From assembly GCA_030390025.1 (NCBI GenBank), contig CM059432.1:118484001-118548000 (forward strand): a DNA stretch of 64,000 nt, read 5' to 3'. Shown here in pieces: positions 55,346 to 64,000 of the stretch. The notes under the pieces are model-generated. The model searched no databases. It saw only the letters and a list, made by a program, of their open reading frames with translations, and had not been told where the DNA came from. The DNA is from Squalus acanthias. Lineage: Eukaryota. How positions within the stretch are numbered: the stretch's first letter is position 1; each line of letters begins with the position of its first letter. The translations under genes were made by a program, and so were the position numbers.

Positions 55346-56604
55346 CCACTTTTCTTGCTCATTAATTTCCCACTGAAAGAACTGCTAGTTCTGCCTGATA
55401 ACTATTCTTACTTCATCGTAGTGCAAATCGGAAATTCAACCCAAGACTTTTCTGGACTCTACGGCCCCCGTATTTACGGGGGAGCCGGAGAGGGTGCGGG
55501 GGAGGCCATAATCGGCCGAGGAAGGCTGCCAGGCCAGGGCTGTGGCCGATCTCAATGGCAGGGCCATCATTTAAATCAAATGCTGCAGCCTCCTGCCTGA
55601 CAGCTGGCCAGATCGGCAGTCTGCCCGGCGGGCGGGAGCACAAGGCAGTAGTGGGGTTCGGGGGCTGTCTGTTGGGGGTGGGGAGGGCTGTGAAGGGGGC
55701 CGGCGGGGGAGGGATCTGTCTGCGACTGGCGCCCGGGGGGTGGTGGTAGCCTGGTTCAAGGGAGGTCCAAGGCTTTCTTGTGCGACTCGGGGAGGAATAC
55801 TTCTGCCCCGCCTGCCCTACAAGAAAACATGAAAAATAAATGTTAAACTTACCCGCTGGGCTTCTTCTAGCACAAGATCCAGCTCCCGGCAGGTTTTGAC
55901 TGATTGGGGGAGCCAACACTGCCCAGACCCCACTACTCAGGCCTCTGATGACATCATCGGACCCCGATCTACATATTTAAAATGGGACCCCCTCTTCCTT
56001 CCTGCGGGTGTCCTACTCGCCTGCTCAAAAGAGCGGGTTAATATGGGGACACACAAGGCAGGAAGCGGGATCGGTTTCCGCCAGGTGGGGGCAGTTCAAA
56101 TCGGGGCCTATCTCTTGGTTAGCAGCTGAACCATCATGCCCCTGGGATATAGCTCTGTTATTGGTCAAAACCCCAGGGCGAAAAGTGGAGACCAGTGATA
56201 TGAGCCCACAAACTGCAGATTCCTCAAACCAATCATTCTGAAAACACGGTGCGAGGGAAACCAATAAAATCTTTATTAAACAGGTAGGCCACCTCAACCT
56301 TTTAACCATGTCATTTTGGGACACTTCAGCTGTAATATCCAGAAAAGGGAGCATAAGTGCTGCAAGCAGTTTAAGGCAGTTGACTTTGGCTTTTGGGTGG
56401 CCAACCGCCCGAGTGACTTGTGAACAACAATAACAACAGCTTGCATTTATATAGCACCCTTAACGGAGGAAAGCGTACCAAGACATCGAAAAGTGTTACC
56501 AATTATGGGAGGCTCCACACTCTAATGTGAATCATTTTCACAAGTCTACTGAGATTTGCACAGTTTGTACAGGGAGTGATACTATCACATTATCAGCCTT
56601 ATGG

Positions 56605-57872
56605 CTGCGTAGCTATTCCAATGTTCTCCCGGCTGGCCTCTCATCCTCCACCCTCCATAAACATCAGCTCATCCAAAACTCCGCTGTCCGTATTCGAACC
56701 TGCACAAGTCCTGCTCACCCATCACGCCTGTGCTCGCTGACCTACACTGACTTCTGATCCTTGAGTTCAAATCCCTCCATGGTCTCACCCCTCCCTATCC
56801 CTGTAACCTCCTCCAGCCCTAAAACCCTCCAAGGACTCTACGTTCCTCTAACTCCGGACACTTGTGCATCCTCCCAATCCCTTCGCCCCACCATTGCTGG
56901 CTGTGCCTTCAGCCGTCTATGCCCTAAGCTCTGGAATTCCCTCCCTAAACCTTCTTGTCTCTCCAGCTCTCTCTCCATCTTTACAACCCTCCTTAAAACT
57001 TACTTCTTTGACCAAGTTTTTAGTCACCTGACTTAATGGTGTCCATATTAACCCCGCCACGATGGGCGGGAGGGGGTCGTGGGGAAGTGCGCTAAACAGT
57101 TAAATACGGGGAACGCGTCCCCAACCAGTCACGCAAGCGCACGCCGACATTTTTACGGTGGCGGATATTGGGACATCCGAGTGTCCCGTCATGGAGAGGC
57201 GAGTTACTTAATTAACATATTTAAATCGGGCTCCCACGGTGCAATTGGGAGCCAGATTTAAAATTGACTGTGGCTGCACCTGTTTCCCAGAGGTCGGGAA
57301 ACTCGGCAATGAAAGGGAGACGGGAGCTGCCGGCTGCACAAGGTTAGTGCTTATTTCAGCATTCTTTTCAACAGGAGTGCTCCCCCAACCTCTCAAGGAA
57401 GCCTTCAGCCTCCCCCAGCCCGGATCGCCAATCTCCACCCCCCCAGCACTCCTGATTGCTGACCTCCCCCACCAGCCTTCCCGATCGCGGGCCTCTTCCC
57501 TCTCCCACTTACGGGCTCTCTCCCCTTCTCAATCGCATGCCCTCTCCGACCTCCCAATTGCCGGGGACCGGCCCCAAGGATCCCCGACTGTGGCCTCCTG
57601 CCACTGGTGTTTCCTCCCGCTCACCGGCCAGTATGTCCATTTGGCCGTGTGCTGGGCTAGAATCGGTGCTAAATGAGGTCATGCTGTTAAGTTCGGCCTT
57701 GCTGGATTACTCGGCTGTTTTCAGCCGCACCAGCACTCTCCCTGCCTCCCTGTAAACATTGAGGCTAATATCTCTCTCTTTGGTTCGGTGCCAAATTTTG
57801 TCTTATTATGTTCCTGTGAACGACTTGGGATGGTTTCCTGCGTTAACGGCGCTATATAAATACAAGTTTTTG
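56605..57872 (+). mobile_element. L2-like LINE 3' end split by a GC-rich MITE (about 57037-57765)
   Basis: QLIQNSAVR, AFSRL.PKLWNSLP and LKTYFF motifs. The L2 tail GCGCTATATAAATACAAGTT follows the insert, with TAA on both flanks. Confidence 0.7.
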
Positions 57873-58029
57873 ATGTTGAGGCATTATTTTTTCCCCTTCC
57901 CAATTTTCTCCCTTGAAGCTGTTTATAAACCCCACGGACTAAGCTCACATATGACAAATCGAGACTTGGGTTATACGCCAGTATAACAGTGGTCTAAGAA
58001 ACATTTTCAAAGTGCTTCCTGTTTTCAAA

Positions 58030-58370
58030 GTTTTTTTTTTATTCACGTGAGCGTCGCTGGCAAGGCCAGCATTTATTGCCCATCCCTAACTGCCCCTAAG
58101 AGGGTGGTGGTGAGCTGCCTCCTTGGCTTGCTAGGCCATTTCGGAAGGCAGCTAAGAGTCAACCACATTGCTGTGGGTCTGGAGTCACATATAGGCCAGA
58201 CTGGCTTTTACAACAATCCGGTAGTTTCATGGTCTTTTTATTCCAGATTTATTTAATTAAATTTAAATGCCCCAGCTACCCTAGTGGGATTTGAACTCAT
58301 ATCTCTGGATCATTAGTCATTGTCTCTGAGATTATTAGTCCAGTAACATAACCACTATGCTACCGTACCC
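58030..58370 (-). mobile_element. tRNA-headed SINE, minus strand
   Basis: Reverse B-box GGGATTTGAACTC, reverse A-box TAACCACTATGCTACC and a poly(T) end at 58030. Confidence 0.55.
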
Positions 58371-58872
58371 CTGCAAGTCACAGCATCTTTCATTAGAATC
58401 TTCACACTAAAACAATAAAATGATAAGAAACCCCAGTTTGAAGTGCCTTTGTGATGTTCATCTCAGACCTCTATCAATGGAGAATGACACTCTCGTACTG
58501 TGAAGAAAGCTTAATTTGTTATAAGTAAAGTTGTAGGAGGGAGAATTTCAGTATCGCCCCGTTTGGGGTGGTAAATTCTGAAATCGTGAAAAATTAGTGC
58601 CAGGCGCTAATGAGTCGAAGGTTTCCCTAAATTGGCTACAAGCACTCCTGGAAAGAGCTGGAGCGCTAAATCAAGCACTAATGACCTAAGCAGGGCGCTA
58701 CAGAGGCGCTACCAGCAGAGCGATAATGAATTTCAGCTGGAATGCAATCGGGAATGATCCTTCACACTGGCCCCTTCCAGCTCTTAAAGGGGAGGTTGCA
58801 TCATTGTGCAGATCCTCATTATCAGCATTGCTGGTGAGGGCGACCTGCAACCAACTGAGTCCCCTGATCGTG

Positions 58873-60727
58873 ATGGCTGATCCCACTCCCAGGGAGAGAG
58901 CTTGTCGTTTTACGGCAAGCCATTGGAGGTATTGGTCGCGGGAGTGGAGCGAAGGAGGGCAGTGCTGTTCCCGGACACTGGAAGGAGGCCATTGCCCCAG
59001 GTCTTTAGGGCAATGTGGAGGGAAGTGGCCCAGGAGGTCTCGGCCAGTAGTGTGGTCGTACGCAGCCTGACACAGTGCCGGAAGAAATTCAACGACCTCA
59101 CTCGGGTGGTCAAGGTGAGTACATGCTTCAACAGGTCCTACATACCAGCATCTGAACCTCAGTCTGTACACACTGCACAAACCACCACACCCCCACCAGC
59201 ATCTGCACCTACTCAAACTCACATCCTCATCTCACGTCTTGCCTACAATCACAGCTATTCAACTACGGCAGGCATATCTACCAAACACATAGCTGGACTC
59301 TGACTCACACACATTTGTTTCTCTTGCAGGCCGAGATGGCCCACAATAGGAGGGAGCAGCAGGGAATAGGCACGGGTGATGTGCAGCTCCAGCAGCTTTC
59401 AGACCTGGAGGAGCGAGTGCTGCGACTCATTGGGCAGCAGGTGGTGGGCGGCGTGGCCGTTGGCAACGTCGACCCCCTTGGGGGCAACAACGGTATGTTC
59501 ATTCCCTCTCCTTCTCTCATCCCACTTCCCCCTCACACCACAAGCCTTTCCCACTTTCCAGCTCCTGATACTGTCTGCATTCCTTGCTCCCTTCCTGCCC
59601 CCTTTCCCTCACCTTAAGCGAGTCTTGTGCCTTTATGCTTTCAGAAAATCAGCAACCAGATGACCAGCCTGTCCCTGAGCCTCCCACTGAGAGTGAGGAA
59701 GGAGAAGAGGAGGAGGAGCAAAGCACCGCATCACTGCATCTCTCACCCGCAGGCACCACCTCAGATACTGACACTACGCGATCTTTAGAGGCAAGTTTAT
59801 TAGAGGGGTCTGCACAGGGTGATGCACTGGGGACGAGCGGGCTGCAGCAAGGCCAGGGGGAAAGGGTAGCTCGGAAGTTCTGCTGCACAGGACTCAAATG
59901 AGGAACTCAATAGGGAGGCATTCACAAAAAGGGTGATGGCCATGCACTCCGAGATGATAGGTGCAATGGCAAGGGTGCCCAAGAGCCTCTCGACAATGGT
60001 AAGGAGCGTGGAGGAGTCTGCCTCCCACATTGCACAGAGCTCTTCACACACCATGGAGCCCATCATTTCCACTGTGCAGAGGATGGTCTGCCAGAGAGAC
60101 CGTGTGGATCTAGACCTCATGACACGTACCACGGACGATGTGGCAACTTCCATTGCAGTACAGGCGGAAGCGACGCAACGTCTTAGTGCTGTAATGCAGT
60201 CAATGGTTGGTGGAATCGAGCCTCAGAGTGCTCTCATGCAGTCTCAGCTTGATGCCACGCAAGCTCTGACTGTTGCCATCCTCGCTGTGTCCACCACAAT
60301 CCACTGGGTATCTCACGGTGTCGCAGCAGGCCACCAATCTGTGCTCCAGCAGATTGGTAAGGATACTGAGGTGCTGACCCAAGGGAGTGGCAGTGGGTCA
60401 GTGGAGCAGGAAACTGCTGTCCTCTCTCAGGATGACAGCATTCCTGCTCCCACCACTGCCACTCTGCCATTGCCCTTGTCGCTGCCTGTCATCCAGCCAG
60501 CCCAGACTGCTGCCGCCCTTGCTCAGGTGGTGGATTCTACAGCCAGGCCTTCCAGGCCCAGAGCTGGTCGAGGGCATCCTGCAAGGCCAGCTGAAGTCTC
60601 CCGCATGGACACTCAGCAGCCTTCCACCAGCCCTGCTGCAGCCACTGGGCCAACACTATGTAGGAGCAGTAGATTAGGGAAAAGCACTGTAACGAGGGCA
60701 AGTAAGGGTTTGCACAAGTGTGATTAG
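58873..60727 (+). pseudogene. Three-exon Myb/SANT-like gene (exons 58873-59114, 59330-59492, 59645-60727), frameshifted
   Basis: WREVA...RSLTQCRKKFNDLTRVVK|GTGAGT, TTGCAG|, G|GTATGT and TTTCAG| junctions keep frame. Frameshifts near 58905 and 59875. Confidence 0.82.
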
Positions 60728-60882
60728 TTAATATTGTTGCTGTATATATGTGGTTGATAAATTTATTCTTGGAATGTTGCAGATTTGGGGCTGTGTCTCA
60801 TTTTAACTTTGGGGTGTGGAATGGAATGAGAAATTGATGGAATGATGGGGATTGGCTGAGCAACAGGGAAGAAGCCTCCAAT

Positions 60883-62093
60883 TCATTGGGACCGAAATCT
60901 GATGAGGCAGTCACGGACCGCCCTTCCACAAGGCCGATTGAGTGACGATCTCCTCCGTCGCTGATGTTCATGCTCCTGTTCCTCCTCCTCCTTCTCCTCC
61001 TCCTCCTCCTCCTTCTCCTCCTCCTCCTTCTCATCCTCCTTGTCTCCCTCTTCCTCCTCCTGAGGTGGTGTAGCGATGCCTGGTGGCAATGGCTGGGCCC
61101 TCATGATGGCCAAGTTGTGGAGCATGCAGCAGATCACCACAAAATGGGACACTCGCTCAGCCAAGTACTGGACGGCTCCCCCCGAATGGTCAAGGCAGCA
61201 GAACCTTTGCATGAGCACTCCGATGGTCTGCTCGATGATGTTCCTGGTGGCAGCATGGCTCTCGTTATATGAGTGCTGTGCAGGAGTGTTGTGGTTGCAG
61301 AGGGAAGTCATGAGCCAGGTGGAGAGCAGATACCCCTTGTCTCCCAACAGCCAGTCGCGAGCTTGATGTGGTGGCTGGAACAGAGCTGGCACACTGGTCT
61401 GATGCAGGATGAAGGCATCGTGGCTGCTGCCAGGATAGCGGGCATTGATGGTGAGGATTCGCTGTCTGTGGTCGCACACCAACTGCACATTAAGTGAGTG
61501 GTAGCCTTTGCGGTTTCCGAATACCTCAGGATTGTTACGGGGTGCCCGCAGAGCGACGTGGGTGCAGTCAATGGCGCCCTGCACCATGGGGAAGCCTGCT
61601 ATCCTGGCAAAGCCACATGCACGCTCGTGCTGCTTCTCTCTGGTTATGGGGAAGGAAATGTAGTCCCTTCTCCTTCTGTAGAGAGCATCTGTGACCTTGC
61701 AGATGCAGCAATTGATGGCGAACTGCAAGATGTTCGCTATATCTCTTGTTGAACACTGGAAGGATCCACTGGCGTAGAAATTGAGGGGGACGGTGACCTT
61801 GACTGCCACTGAGAGAGACGTGGTGCTCCTGATGTGAGGCTCGAGGTGTGGCTGCAGGAGGTGGCAGGGCTCTGTGACCATGTCCTTGGTGAAGCGGAGC
61901 CTTCTAAGACACTGTTCCTCAGTGAGATTGATGTAGGAGAACTGCTGCCAGAATACCTGGGAGGGTCAGGCCTCCTGTTGAGAGCCCTGTTGGCCCTCCT
62001 CCCTCTGGCCACATTTTGTAATCTCTCTCTCTGCCTCCGCTGCCTCTGATGTTGACGCTGGAGGGCGAGGTCCAGTGTCAGTACAGCCCCCAT
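60883..62093 (-). pseudogene. Harbinger DDE transposase with one frameshift near the N-terminus
   Basis: 332-aa [41 protein letters not shown] and CCMLHN. Confidence 0.92.
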
Positions 62094-63039
62094 TGAAGTA
62101 TGGAAATGTTGCACTTTAAAATCTCACCTAAATGAAAGTGAATAATTTTTCTGAGGCAGACGACTCCTTCAACTGAAAAACGCTGAAATCGCTCAAAACG
62201 CCTGTTTGACTATGTCAAACTGACAAGGCAGCAGTCTTTGCCGACTAAAAATAAATCAGATGTTGATGTCTTTATATGGTGCTTCTCCAGCGCTCATCCG
62301 ACTGCAAACCGCCTCCTCTACCTGTTGGTGCTAACGGCAGGCGCTCAGGCAGGGGGCGAGAGTGAATATCTGAGCCGGGGCACTGCGCAGCCAGATGACG
62401 TCACGATCTCCGGCCGCAGGAGAGCGTGGCACTAGTGGTTACCGCCGTCGCAAACCTCCACTTCAATTTCGCAGACATCGGTACTATCGCCCGGTCGCTA
62501 AGCCGGTAGCGCCCTGTTAGCGCCCCCGGAGGCGCAAAGGTTCCCAATTTCTCCCCCGTAAGGTTAACATTTCTATTATCTCAGTCTGCATTGCAATTAC
62601 CAGCTAACAGGTACACATCGGCAACAGAAGTCAATGAAGAGAAATTCCATTCTTACCTGTTGTCCAAAGTATTGATAATGTATGCACATTTTTTGTATCA
62701 CTTGAGGCAAGCAAACTTGCTGTAAAAGTCTTCCTGTGCATTTTCAGTGCCCAGTTGTATTTTCTGGTATGAATTTACTGCAGCAGGGGATGATTTCCAC
62801 CAATGGACTAAATGCACCAATTGAGCCAAATATTGGGGTGGATTTAAATGAACTGAAATAATGTGATTACTTTTAAGACGTGCCGAAAGCTTCACACTAC
62901 ATGTGCAATGTGTCACAATCCAAATATGGCAGAAACGTGAGCATTATGGTTCCCACAAAATGGGTAATCCAGTATTCTACATTACACCAATCAGGATATG
63001 AGAATATGACAGAAATGGTGAGGCATTAATGGAAGAGGA

Positions 63040-63790
63040 GTAGAACCAGAACCCAGTCATACCTCAGGAAATTAATTACTGTGCGTAGCTCTTCAGACTT
63101 ACCAGGTAGATAACAACAAAACTGTGTCAGTTGATTGCATCCAATTTGGAGGGATCTTTAGTGACTCGAATTGCTTTGCCAATGGCTGTGAAGTTGAAAA
63201 ATTGACTGCAACAATCAATTTCCTAACTACAGGGTCATTCCAGGCACCAGGGTTATTTTGCTGGCATTCATCAGTGCACTATGCCCATTTGTATTCAGCA
63301 GTTGACTGATGTACTGTTCGAGAAATCTGGCAGATTCATCCTTTTTACGAGGAATTCTAAGAGACAGCTGGCCAGATAGTAAAAAGTTCTTTTTTGTTGC
63401 TGTTATTGGTTTCCCCAGAGTTTCAGGCATGGAAAAGTGTATCTATGTGGAGATACCAGTGCTGTCAGTCAATTCAATGGCAGACATCAACCATAAGTGA
63501 TTCTTTTCCTTCAATGTGCAAGAGGTCTGCGATGCTCATCAAAAATTCCCCCTAATCAATGCCAAATTCTCAGGATCAACGCACAAATCAGTCCGTCTGA
63601 ATTGATTGTGATTTCCTTGATTTTAGGAGGATGAATAACTGCGATGCTAGCTCTTGGCATTATCCACTGAACCATCGCTAATAACGCCATTAACTAACCC
63701 CAGAACACCAGGCAAACGTAGGTACTGTAGGACAAATTGAACTGAAAATCCCGTAGGAAGAATTGGATTGCTATTCACCATTTGTCTAGG
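63040..63790 (+). pseudogene. Old, heavily decayed Harbinger transposase
   Basis: Fragments FRL, KLTATINFLTTGSFQ, GFPRVSG, SFNVQEVCDA and NAKFSGSTH in mixed frames. Confidence 0.6.
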
Positions 63791-64000
63791 GTTTCATATG
63801 CAATGCTGTTTGGCTCAGTAGTCGTCCTACATAAATCAACTGACTTAATAAACTGTCACTGCCAGTGGTTGATCTGAGTATAATGTAGTACTGCAAAGAT
63901 TTGCTGTTAACTCTTATCATACTTGGAAGACCTCAAGGACATGACACGAAAGTCAATGTACTACTAACAGTGACTTTACTTAACTAGATCTGCAATGCTA

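Larger units (their letters stand above)
58535..62558. mobile_element. Near full-length PIF/Harbinger transposon with convergent Myb/SANT and transposase genes
   Basis: TIR-like GGAGGGAGAATTT / AATTTCTCCCCC, and both genes are recognisable. Confidence 0.88.

Noticed and set aside
60798..61272. Poly-Arg / poly-Leu ORFs
   Set aside because: These are alternative-frame and antisense readings of the (GAG)n poly-Glu tail of the Harbinger transposase.
62657..62852. Minus-strand exon-like segment with TTTCAG acceptor and CAG|GTAAGA donor
   Set aside because: No frame is open throughout and there is no recognisable protein similarity.

Overview
This is eukaryotic, repeat-saturated vertebrate DNA. 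The CR1 LINE, DeuSINE-type SINE and Harbinger repertoire looks like a cartilaginous fish (shark), which is an inference. No convincing host protein-coding exon was found. The centrepiece is an apparently intact, very young 12.6-kb endogenous retrovirus-like provirus (24318-36889). It has two 1596-bp LTRs differing at only one position I could spot, a 4-bp CTGG target-site duplication, and a tRNA-Arg(TCG)-type PBS that overlaps the first gag ATG. Gag has overlapping PSAP/PPxY late domains and is joined in frame to pol across a UGA-CUAG readthrough stop. Pol carries a degenerate plus an intact RNase H and a long C-terminal tail. Env has a paramyxovirus/F-like class I fusion architecture with an extra N-terminal Ig-like domain. 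This fits a lokiretrovirus-like lineage. A related 1.7-kb solo LTR (39340-41038) shares a covarying U5 hairpin with a palindromic loop. The provirus sits at the bottom of a four-level nest (CR1 > Harbinger > CR1 > ERV). The rest consists of decayed CR1/L2/Vingi LINEs, many PIF/Harbinger elements (transposase plus spliced Myb/SANT gene), MITEs, SINEs, Penelope-type fragments with minimal hammerhead-like motifs, and a 67-bp minisatellite.
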